Shown here in pieces: positions 1 through 7,858 of a stretch of DNA of 12,487 nt (position 1 is the first letter of the stretch; the number at the start of each line of letters is the position of its first letter). The DNA is taken from UHGV virus genome UHGV-0355038. One strand, 5' to 3'. Source of the stretch: a virus. The notes beneath the pieces are model-generated. The model made no database searches and was not told the origin of the DNA. It worked only from the letters and a program-made list of their open reading frames with translations. The position numbers and the translations under genes are program-made.

Positions 1-106
1 CATAGCCAAAGGTGCCTGTGTATTTTTTTGAGTTTCAATTATTGCATTTCTCACCAGCGGTGGTAGTGCATATATCGGATAAGGATTTTCTGGTGCAAGT
101 AAGCAC
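1..106 (-). CDS. small hypothetical protein, N-terminal part only (runs off window start); paralog of the 357..584 ORF
   Basis: Minus-strand translation from the ATG at 106..104 gives MCLLAPENPYPIYALPPLVRNAIIETQKNTQAPLAM..., open to the window edge. A GAGAGG Shine-Dalgarno-like motif lies about 5 nt upstream. It shares the pattern PYP.YA.P...NAIIETQ.N..A.LAM with the 75-aa ORF at 357..584. Not in the ORF track because it is partial. Confidence 0.35.
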
Positions 107-143
107 ATAAAAGCCTCTCTTTTCATTAATGGGTTAGTAAAGT

Positions 144-179
144 AGCAGCAACTCCCGCTATAATAGCGAAATAGCTGCT
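144..179. promoter_or_regulatory. palindromic operator-like site upstream of the first small-gene copy
   Basis: AGCAGC (144..149) and GCTGCT (174..179) flank a central palindrome CGCTATAATAGCG that contains a TATAAT -10-like hexamer. It is the counterpart of the better-preserved site at 620..656. Confidence 0.3.
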
Positions 180-356
180 GTTCAGACCTAATGTTCTGAG
201 AAATACAGAATATCTGTAGATCTGATGTTTAATAAACCGATAAGGTTAATTCAGTTCATACTGTGTTATTTACCACGAAATATCATTCATGTTTCTCATT
301 CTTAACACCTCCTAAAATTATTTCACTAACACCTTCCCCCCGGTCTTTTTCCTTTC

Positions 357-584
357 TCAGGAATCAGCCAGAACCATAGTGTAAATATTAACGGGCCCAC
401 GTAAATTTCCGGGGTTGCACACGTCAATCTGATTCTGACAGGCAATTGACATCGCTGTTAATAATGATGTTGTAGTCATAGCCAGAGATGCTTTTTCATT
501 GTGTTGAGTTTCAATTATTGCATTTCCAGTCATTGATGGTTGCGCATATACTGGATACGGAGTATCCGGTTTGATGTAAGACAT
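357..584 (-). CDS. small hypothetical protein (75 aa), tandem paralog of the partial ORF at 1..106
   Basis: ATG start with an AAGGA Shine-Dalgarno motif about 8 nt upstream (minus-strand sense ...AAAAAAGGAAATATTTATG). The N-terminus MSYIKPDTPYPVYAQPSMTGNAIIETQHNEKASLAM aligns with the copy at 1..106. A palindromic operator-like site lies about 36 bp upstream. Confidence 0.45.
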   Translation of the reverse strand: MSYIKPDTPYPVYAQPSMTGNAIIETQHNEKASLAMTTTSLLTAMSIACQNQIDVCNPGNLRGPVNIYTMVLADS

Positions 585-619
585 AAATATTTCCTTTTTT
601 CGTAATAACTTTCGGTTAT

Positions 620-656
620 AGCAGCTATTTCCGCTACAATAGCAACAATAGCTGCT
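620..656. promoter_or_regulatory. perfect 10-bp inverted repeat operator-like site (AGCAGCTATT / AATAGCTGCT), 17-bp spacer
   Basis: AGCAGCTATT at 620..629 and AATAGCTGCT at 647..656 are exact reverse complements. The spacer TCCGCTACAATAGCAAC holds a TACAAT -10-like hexamer. The site sits between the small ORF start (584) and the AlpA-like gene end (690). Confidence 0.4.
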
Positions 657-689
657 ATACAGACTGGATATACTGAAAATACAGACAGT

Positions 690-917
690 TCATCTGGTCT
701 GTATCCAGCAGAGAAGGTCACTTAACAACCATCCGCAAGATTTCTTTCCGATAGACTTACGTGGTGGAAATGTTCCCTCCCGTTCAAGTTTCCACGCTTG
801 TGTACGAGAAATTGACGTGATCTCATATCGTTCCTTTTCACGTACCAGTCTGTCGCATTCAATCCCATAAGCTTTCAAAATGACCAGACGCTGTTCATCT
901 GTTAATGGAAGCCACAT
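690..917 (-). CDS. AlpA-family (phage Vis/AlpA-like) helix-turn-helix transcriptional regulator
   Basis: The track ORF 690..938 begins with a TTG codon. An internal ATG at 917..915 is preceded by a perfect AGGAGG Shine-Dalgarno motif at 5-nt spacing, so I place the start there (75 aa, MWLPLTDEQ...). The C-terminal segment ITSISRTQAWKLEREGTFPPRKSIGKKSCGWLLSDLLCWIQ matches, from memory, the AlpA pattern (S.STiyR...G.FP..+.+G.+s.gW...ei..Wi). Confidence 0.6.
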   Translation of the reverse strand: MWLPLTDEQRLVILKAYGIECDRLVREKERYEITSISRTQAWKLEREGTFPPRKSIGKKSCGWLLSDLLCWIQTR

Positions 918-1608
918 ACTACCCTCCTGATATATCAATACTTTTTATTTCCGGCATGAGCATGAAATGACTAAGTTTCCCGGATAAACAATGAGTGAAA
1001 GTCACTATCATTCATCCAGCCAACACCTTACAAATAAAATGTAATACTATGATTTTTATAGGTCAAAATACTGAATTGAAATGTTAAAATGGCTTTTAAT
1101 AGAAAAAATAAAGACATATAGAACCAAATAAAAACAAGCCGCGACCAATAAAAACAAAAATTAATATTAAAAATCCATTATGACGATTTTTGTTGACTAA
1201 AATTAGGTTGGGATATATAAATAAATCCATGTGAAATTCAAACAAAGCATGGAGGAGTCGCAGGAAGGTGAAATATTTCCATCTAATTTGTGATAATCAT
1301 CACAAAAATAAGCTACAACAAGCGGAGGAAAAGACAATCTGTTGCTGAACAGACAGAAGCAGGCTACGAATGATCGGAAAATGAAGCAAATACGCTTATA
1401 CAGAAGACGCAGGGGTAACTGACGGAGACAATCACAATCAGGAGAAAATGATCGTAAATAATGTATAAAATCTCAGGATATAAACAAATGTACACAAGCT
1501 ATCCACGTAATCTGCGGCTGGCTCAGGATTAACGTTTCATTTCAGTGGACGACATCGATTCTGTCTGACAGTGGGCCAATATGTGGCAAGCAGAAAACTT
1601 CTGACATC

Positions 1609-3240
1609 ATGGTAACTCGGACAATGCAACAAAAGTATGATCGTGTTTTATCTGGCGAATCCCACCCATTCCCTGGCATATACGAGGCGGTTTCCGAACA
1701 ACTCCTTTTGCTCATCTTTAAGGCTCGTCAGCTATATCAGAATCCAGAATATCGCCCCTGGTTTGAAGAACAGCACAGAGTTCTCTCTGCATTACGTGCT
1801 AATACAGAGCTCTTGAGAATATTTAGAGAACAAAGAAACGCGGAAGAACCAGAGCTTATTATTAAAGAATCTACATTACCCCTACTCACTAATTCTAATC
1901 TTACAGATGCGCTTAATATTATGTGCCATTTATACAATGGTTTTGATGAAGGAAATATCAGTCTGAAAACCTGGGGGGCGATGCAAGAGGTACAGACAAC
2001 ATCAACCTTTATCAGCCCGGGACCGAGAACCTGGAAAACACCTGAACTGGCAAAGTTTGTAGGAGATGATTTATTTAATATTCTGACTGAATGTAAAGCC
2101 TGGAGTTCACCAATTCCAGCAGAAACCCGACAGGGCTATTGCCATCAGGATCTGTCTGTTGCACACTCCTGCACCTCAGAGTTACTGGCACACCTGAATC
2201 AATACCATGAAATTGATGAATCAGCAATACTTGCCAGAGTTATTGGTATGACGGTTAACGGATTCTACAAGAAAAATAATACAGACCTCCCAGAATGGCT
2301 ATCCCCCTTTAAAGAGGAACATAAAATATTCAGAGATTGTCTGGAGCAAAAGACCGAGGATGTAATCAGACTGAAAGAACAACTGTTGAAAACAGGACGT
2401 TCAGAATTCGTGAATAATTTGTGTCGGGTCGCCAACTGGTATGAAATTAAGTCAATATACGATGAATATGTCCGTCTTTATGCCAATGAAATCATTGGTT
2501 GGTTCAACAAAACCATGGAATATTTTAAACCAACAGATTTTATCCGATATACATGGAAATTCGCAACAGTTACTCCAGATAAAGAGACAGAAACCAAGCA
2601 TACAACTGCATGGGAAAAGGATTATTGCCAGATAACTATACAACGTGATGAACTTCTGAGATTGATTCACACGAATACCCTTCAGGATGCAGTAATTTAT
2701 CTTTGCCATTGCCTGCAGAAGAAATACAAGAAATCATCCCAAAATGAGATAGAGTTTCCAGGAATAAAACCTCCGGCATCAGAGAGTGAAATTAATATAA
2801 CAGATAATTTTGAATTTTATTCTCTCCTGGAGCTCAGTAAAGATAATGAGAGGCGGCTGGAAACATTTCAAAAATGGTATGAAAAAAATAAAGTTTTGTT
2901 AGAAAGTCATAAACAAAAACGAACAGAGAAGATTGACGTTGCCGTACGACTTGTAGGGCTGAAAGCCTATGATCTGCATGAAGGGATTCCGGATAGTCCA
3001 AAACGAAAAGTTAAAGATGGCATAAATGAAGACATCAAAGCCGATACCAGTTTACGCCTGCCAAAGACAAATATAAGTGATACGTCGCTAAACCGTTATC
3101 GCCGCACTGTTAAGGAGATTATCAATAACGAAATCGACGCATTCCTGTTGGAACAGAAGAAAAAAAATAAAAGATTTCCCTACAGTGAAGATAGAGATGT
3201 GATTCGACCTTTATGGGGAAAATGCCTGACCGGGCAGTAG
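1609..3240 (+). CDS. hypothetical protein, 543 aa, no family recognised
   Basis: Long uninterrupted ORF; antisense ORFs inside it are short. A terminator-like hairpin follows the stop. No Walker A, HExxH or other motif I can name with confidence. The start is ambiguous between ATG 1609 and ATG 1624 (no strong Shine-Dalgarno for either). Confidence 0.65.
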   Translation: MVTRTMQQKYDRVLSGESHPFPGIYEAVSEQLLLLIFKARQLYQNPEYRPWFEEQHRVLSALRANTELLRIFREQRNAEEPELIIKESTLPLLTNSNLTDALNIMCHLYNGFDEGNISLKTWGAMQEVQTTSTFISPGPRTWKTPELAKFVGDDLFNILTECKAWSSPIPAETRQGYCHQDLSVAHSCTSELLAHLNQYHEIDESAILARVIGMTVNGFYKKNNTDLPEWLSPFKEEHKIFRDCLEQKTEDVIRLKEQLLKTGRSEFVNNLCRVANWYEIKSIYDEYVRLYANEIIGWFNKTMEYFKPTDFIRYTWKFATVTPDKETETKHTTAWEKDYCQITIQRDELLRLIHTNTLQDAVIYLCHCLQKKYKKSSQNEIEFPGIKPPASESEINITDNFEFYSLLELSKDNERRLETFQKWYEKNKVLLESHKQKRTEKIDVAVRLVGLKAYDLHEGIPDSPKRKVKDGINEDIKADTSLRLPKTNISDTSLNRYRRTVKEIINNEIDAFLLEQKKKNKRFPYSEDRDVIRPLWGKCLTGQ

Positions 3241-3248
3241 ATCACTGA

Positions 3249-3280
3249 GGGGATAACAGCCCGGTTATCCCCTGTTTGTT
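3249..3280 (+). terminator. intrinsic terminator-like hairpin between convergent genes
   Basis: GGGGATAAC (3249..3257), loop AGCCCG, GTTATCCCC (3264..3272): a perfect 9-bp stem. It is followed by TGTTTGTT and starts 9 nt after the stop of the 1609..3240 ORF. Confidence 0.5.
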
Positions 3281-3326
3281 CTGCTTCAGGTTGCCAGAGC
3301 TCCAGGAACACGAGGCAATCGGCAAA

Positions 3327-3923
3327 TTATGCGGCTTTTCCATTAACAGATTCGGCCACAAGAACAACACCGTGTTTGTTTCGATCAGGATGTTCACTCC
3401 AGATTTCTGATTCAGGAATGCTTTCCCCATCATAGCAGATCCGATCACCATCAAACGGATAATACCGTGCGGAATCTGTAGCTAAGATAAACACCTTAAG
3501 ATTCGTTGAACGACGCGCTATATGCTGCCAGAGGGCTTTACCTCCTTCATATTGCTCGTTATCACTTAATAGTATAACGCCTGCTTTTGTGGCTATTGTT
3601 TCATAAACAAACGTAGCAAGGCTAACATCACGTACAGCACCATCGACAACAATCCCTTCAATCTGAGCAACGTCCTGTTCTTCCCAGAATTTCCGGACAA
3701 ACACCCCTTCAAGTCGGGGACGACGCTGAAGCTCCAGAGTGGCAACAACCTTATGGCGAATATCACCATCAATAACAGAAGGTGCAGCTTCGATTACCGC
3801 AGCGAACGGAGTCTTTGGATCCCAGATGATCTGGTAAAGCACACCCTGAATAGTTACTCCATCCAGTATCGAAAAACGACGAGCTACAGTAGCAGGGGAG
3901 TAAGACATTGGAATGACAGCCAT
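3327..3923 (-). CDS. hypothetical protein, 198 aa, no family recognised
   Basis: ATG-initiated ORF on the minus strand, convergent with 1609..3240. The composition looks like a real globular protein (e.g. ...IATKAGVILLSDNEQYEGGKALWQHIARRS...). I could not assign a fold by eye. Confidence 0.6.
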   Translation of the reverse strand: MAVIPMSYSPATVARRFSILDGVTIQGVLYQIIWDPKTPFAAVIEAAPSVIDGDIRHKVVATLELQRRPRLEGVFVRKFWEEQDVAQIEGIVVDGAVRDVSLATFVYETIATKAGVILLSDNEQYEGGKALWQHIARRSTNLKVFILATDSARYYPFDGDRICYDGESIPESEIWSEHPDRNKHGVVLVAESVNGKAA

Positions 3924-4233
3924 TTTATGGCCTAAAATTTGAAAACATCAGTATCAATACTGACCTCATCAGTCTGAGCATATATTGATAAAGTTTTTAT
4001 GTTTACACTCAATAAATACCTTACCAAACAACTAATAGCGATGTCTACATTGCCATTCGACATGCTTACAATTTTTGTCAACAAGAAAGTGAATTTATAT
4101 CAACGGTAAGAAGTAAACACGAGGACACCAAAACCAAATGTACACACTTTTGTGCTTTGTGTCCCCTGTGTGTACCCAAATGACAAACTGCAAGAAAATC
4201 TAGGCACACACTTATCTAACTTATTGATTTAAA

Positions 4234-4279
4234 TGGTGCCGATAATAGGAGTCGAACCTACGACCTTCGCATTACGAAT
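4234..4279 (-). repeat. 46-nt 3' fragment of a tRNA gene (most likely tRNA-Thr CGU, thrW-like): integration-site (att) repeat
   Basis: Minus-strand sense reads ATTCGTAATGCGAAGGTCGTAGGTTCGACTCCTATTATCGGCACCA: anticodon loop with CGT, variable loop, T-arm GTAGG-TTCGACT-CCTAT, acceptor 3' strand TATCGGC, discriminator A and CCA. The sequence 5' of it (GGATTCTTATA) does not continue a D-arm or acceptor 5' strand, so this is a partial copy and not a gene. Confidence 0.65.
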
Positions 4280-5026
4280 TATAAGAATCCGCTTCTAATT
4301 CAAAGTATTACCCCATCAACACTGTGCTCACACGTCCCACCACATCAAAACATGTAAAGCCTTGCAAGCCATTGTGAGGCCTTATGTGTCTCAGTTTTGT
4401 CCCACCTTGTATTATGACTTGCATAGCCAATGAAGATAAACGTGACGACAAACAGCGCAGCAGTCTTCTTTTCTTTCACACTTTCCCCAATCAGCATACA
4501 TACTTTCTACCATAACTGTAGTGAATGTCTGTTATGAGCGAGCAAAAGAGATTCAATTACCGGGGAATTACTCCGACATAAGCTCTCCCAGAAACACCGG
4601 AACAGCGATTCGCATATTCTCTTCTATACTTTCAGTCTGACCGGCTGGAGATTTCATAGCAAGAAAATGGATGAGCCAAGACCTATGCGGGAAAGAGGCT
4701 GAGGAAATAATTGCCGATAGCACTGTGCCCGACGAAAAGTTAATCTGGCACGCAATGACGCGCGTCCTTGGGGCATCAGGAATCAGAGAGCCAACTTAAC
4801 AACCCATTATATATTATTTAACCGGACTGTTACATGTACAAAGTTCAATGATTAGTGATTCTGTGACGCCACATACAACCTAAGCCCCTGATATAAAACC
4901 AGTCTATGCAACACCTAAAAATCATATATGATAGGGTGATAAGTCAACGCGCAGTATAAAAATTAAGCTAAAAAATGCTTTCAGCATAGTGAATCTATTT
5001 CACACTACATAATTAAGGATGAAAAA

Positions 5027-5872
5027 ATGACTGCACCAGTAATTAGTTTTATCAATATGAAAGGTGGGGTTGGTAAAACAACTTTATGCGTTGGGATTGC
5101 TGAGTTTTTAGCCAACCATATGGGGCGCAAGGTTCTAGTTATCGATATTGATCCTCAATTTAATGCCACTCAGTCCTTAATGGGGCATTATGATCGAGTA
5201 GAAGAATATATGACTGCCCTTCGCCCTAATAATCAAACCATTCGAAAGATTTTTGAGCTTCCAAATTCATTAATGGAAGATGAAAAGAAAGTGACACCAG
5301 AACAGGTCATTACTAAAGTTTCAGACAATCTTGATATTATCTTAGGTGATATAAACATTATCTTTGATACTAACCAAGAGGGTATTAGAATAAAAATGTT
5401 GCGTAAATTCATCACCGAAAATGACTTAAAAGAAAGTTACGACTATATCTTTATCGATAGCCCCCCAACAATCTCATTATTTACAGATACCGCACTCCTT
5501 GCTTCTGATTATTATCTTACTCCGGTTAAAATTGATCACTACTCGGTGCTTGGAGCAAGCAGTTTAAATAGCGTTATAAGAAATATGCGCACACATCATG
5601 AGAAAGAAATCAAGCAAGTCGGTTACATTTATACAAACACTGATGCTGAAATGACCAATAAAACAAGGGAAATTAAAGAACAATTCGAAAACCATACTCA
5701 ATTTACAAATTTTTATTTCTTTGAAAATCAATTAACCTACGTGCGTGATTTAATGGTAGGTTATCAAGGAAATATTCCTTCTTGTTATTCAAAGTCACGC
5801 CAAGATATAGAAAAGATCTGTAACGAATTTATTAACAGAGTGGCTCACTTGGAAGGTAACACAAATGAATAA
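5027..5872 (+). CDS. ParA/MinD/Soj-family P-loop ATPase (deviant Walker A)
   Basis: AAGGA Shine-Dalgarno motif 7 nt upstream of the ATG. N-terminal INMKGGVGKTT (deviant Walker A KGGxxGK[ST]), VIDIDPQ (typical ParA DxDPQ motif) and a hydrophobic Walker B-like IFIDSPP. 281 aa, no N-terminal HTH extension. Confidence 0.75.
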   Translation: MTAPVISFINMKGGVGKTTLCVGIAEFLANHMGRKVLVIDIDPQFNATQSLMGHYDRVEEYMTALRPNNQTIRKIFELPNSLMEDEKKVTPEQVITKVSDNLDIILGDINIIFDTNQEGIRIKMLRKFITENDLKESYDYIFIDSPPTISLFTDTALLASDYYLTPVKIDHYSVLGASSLNSVIRNMRTHHEKEIKQVGYIYTNTDAEMTNKTREIKEQFENHTQFTNFYFFENQLTYVRDLMVGYQGNIPSCYSKSRQDIEKICNEFINRVAHLEGNTNE

Positions 5873-6263
5873 ACAATTAATTAAAGCGCTCAATAAAGCT
5901 AATAATATGCCCATGACCAAAGAAAACTTCTTAGGCTTGGTAATTATGTTGATTCTTTCAAAAGAGGTTTTTAGATCAAATTTTGATGTTAGTAAATTTA
6001 TTAACAAAACCTTCAAAATATCTTTTTTGAATTATGCTGTACGGTCAAGAACTTTGATGTGCGCTAAAATTTGCAGACATATTAATGAATTAAGTGAGAA
6101 TGACATAAAGATGGCTTATACGCATTTCTTAAACAACATTAACACATTAGACATTATTTTTAATGATGCAAATAAAACAAGCCAAAAACCCACATCTAAA
6201 AGCAAGCATGCTATAAGGAATTTAAATATTTGGATTAATGCAAATAAAAAGGAAGAAGAATAA
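5865..6263 (+). CDS. hypothetical protein, 132 aa, Lys/Asn-rich, no family recognised
   Basis: ATG overlaps the upstream stop by 8 nt (ATGAATAA). A GGAAGG Shine-Dalgarno motif lies about 8 nt upstream. Very AT-rich codon usage shared with its neighbours. Confidence 0.6.
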   Translation: MNKQLIKALNKANNMPMTKENFLGLVIMLILSKEVFRSNFDVSKFINKTFKISFLNYAVRSRTLMCAKICRHINELSENDIKMAYTHFLNNINTLDIIFNDANKTSQKPTSKSKHAIRNLNIWINANKKEEE

Positions 6264-6928
6264 TGCTCACGCAGGATCCCTTCAACATTGGAAGAGATGT
6301 AAATTATTTTAGAGCGGAGGTGCAAAAGCACCTCAGAACCACTGATGAAATAAACAAATCAGTATCAATATTTAGGCAAATAAGTCTTTGTAATACAATT
6401 TTAAGTCACAATCCTAATCTAAATCACTCTTCTTATATAAAAGGTTTTATATATGATACCTTAAACTCCTTAATTGCCATTATAAAAAAAAGAGAACGGT
6501 ATCTCCAACTGAACTTCCGCTCAATGGTGGAGCATGTGGCCAGAATAAGCCTCAATAAGAACTACAATGGTGGGGATTTTGACCAAACTGTACGTCGTAG
6601 AGACTTTGACTTCTTAAAAGCCCAACAAGTCGATGAAGGCTGGTCTTATTTACATAATGTCTATATCAACGCCTGTTATTATGTTCACTCCTCCCCCCAA
6701 GCGAACCTAAATGTTACATCAACATTTATATCACTTATGGAGGGAGATTGTAATTCAACACAGCATAAAATGGTGAAAAAACTTCATGAGGTAGTATCGG
6801 CGCTGATGAGAATCATTATAAAGTATTATCATCAGCATATCTCAAACATTTTCTTTAGAAACAAAAAGGATTTAGAGAAAATAATGGGAAAAAGCCTTTA
6901 TTCATATTATACCAGCTTAGACAATTAA
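6263..6928 (+). CDS. hypothetical protein, 221 aa, no family recognised (speculative HEPN-like R-x4-H motifs)
   Basis: Start overlaps the upstream stop by 1 nt (TAATG). An AAGGAAG Shine-Dalgarno motif is upstream. It contains R-x4-6-H strings (RSMVEH, RIIIKYYH) that could be coincidental. Confidence 0.6.
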   Translation: MLTQDPFNIGRDVNYFRAEVQKHLRTTDEINKSVSIFRQISLCNTILSHNPNLNHSSYIKGFIYDTLNSLIAIIKKRERYLQLNFRSMVEHVARISLNKNYNGGDFDQTVRRRDFDFLKAQQVDEGWSYLHNVYINACYYVHSSPQANLNVTSTFISLMEGDCNSTQHKMVKKLHEVVSALMRIIIKYYHQHISNIFFRNKKDLEKIMGKSLYSYYTSLDN

Positions 6929-6965
6929 TTCTCTCATATTCATTGCGTAGAGCATAAATATCTAT

Positions 6966-7461
6966 CTAACCACCTAAAATGCCAGAAAATCTAGTTGTAT
7001 ACCGGTGCGAAAATATCTCGCGTTTCATCTGCCACTGCTGCTGAATGCCCTGCCCAGCGAAACAGAGTGTTTCCTTCCCGTCTTTTGCATTGAGGTGCTC
7101 CAGCACGCTCATTAACTTTTCGCTCCCAGGACCCAGCGCGTTATCGTCGAATAGGTTAGGGCATGCTCTGACTGAAGAAGTCCCCCAGCATTACCCCGGC
7201 TTTCTGATATCGGTGTCCGTCTTTCCATATTGCATCCAGACTCCCCGTTGCTACTGCAATGATATCCCGACTGTCCTGTGTCGGGATGAGCAGCTTCACC
7301 GACGCGCTGTTACAGTAGTACGACTCGTTCAACGCAAAGGGTATCGTGTAAAACCGATGATGACACTGCCGGCAATCAGCACTGACGTCAGCAAACGTGA
7401 GAAAGAACAGATAAGCCGAACGATTTAGGAAATGTTTGAAGAGACTGATATGTGGATGGTT
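6966..7461 (-). pseudogene. umuC: umuC-like Y-family translesion polymerase gene, 3' remnant, frameshifted and 5'-truncated
   Basis: Minus-strand translation gives ...FYTIPFALNESYYCNSASVKLLIPTQDSRDIIAVATGSLDAIWKDGHRYQKAGVMLGDFFSQ. After a frameshift near 7160..7175 it gives NLFDDNALGPGSEKLMSVLEHLNAKDGKETLCFAGQGIQQQWQMKREIFSHRYTTRFSGILGG-stop. This matches my recollection of the UmuC C-terminus (...HRYQKAGVMLGDFFSQ...NLFDDNA...GQGIQQQWQMKR...PRYTTR...). No intact ORF remains, and the upstream extent (possibly to about 7790) is uncertain. Confidence 0.6.
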
Positions 7462-7858
7462 TCAGTTTAAACGCCTTGAACCGTCATATTACCTAAGTAC
7501 AATCCGCTGTGACTGGCAATCATTCAATACTTGCACTATCAAAAGTGCATCAGCCAACCGCAGCACGTCTTGCATACGACCTGTCTGCGGTTTCAATCAC
7601 CTCTCACCACCAGTCCCATCAATAATAATTAAACAGCGCCTAAACAAAATAAATAACAACAAGTCAACAACCTCGACAGGATGCCGATGGGATGATGAAG
7701 AGATAAGAAAGAATAACTAGTAAAGCCCTAAAACGTCAGCGTTCAGACGCGTTTTTTACTTAACCGGTAACAAATACGTTGTATCATAGCAACATAAAAT
7801 GATTGTTCTAAATCAGATTAACTCCTCACTTTTGTACAATGTCGCTTACAGGTATACC

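Noticed and set aside
530-721. 63-aa minus-strand ORF overlapping the palindromic operator and the 357..584 gene
   Set aside because: It spans the inverted repeat and intergenic region, has no Shine-Dalgarno motif, and overlaps a better-supported small gene.
1737-3935. Short antisense or embedded ORFs (1737..1937, 2441..2635, 2452..2709, 3242..3454, 3753..3935)
   Set aside because: All lie inside or antisense to the longer 543-aa and 198-aa ORFs, which have better coding character.
4234-4279. Calling this a tRNA gene
   Set aside because: Only the 3' 46 nt (anticodon loop to CCA) are present; the upstream sequence cannot form a D-arm or acceptor 5' strand, so it is an att-site fragment.
5233-6331. 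Antisense ORFs within the three-gene operon (5233..5415, 5795..6016, 6116..6331)
   Set aside because: Hydrophobic, low-complexity translations typical of antisense reading through AT-rich genes; the sense-strand genes have Shine-Dalgarno motifs and coupled starts.
5027-6928. Interpreting the ParA-like operon as a standard ParAB plasmid partition locus
   Set aside because: Not fully rejected, but disfavoured: the downstream proteins show no HTH or RHH centromere-binding features, I see no iterated centromere-like repeats flanking the operon, and the locus is chromosomal. Kept as the alternative hypothesis in the finding.
7045-7428. 127-aa plus-strand ORF in the ORF track
   Set aside because: It is antisense to the umuC-like remnant, and its translation is Pro/Cys/Ser-rich and unlike a real protein. 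The recognisable coding signal is on the minus strand.
7436-7720. 94-aa plus-strand ORF
   Set aside because: No ribosome-binding site, low-complexity N/K/T-rich tail, and it lies in the junction region between the umuC remnant and the GmrSD-like gene; probably non-coding.
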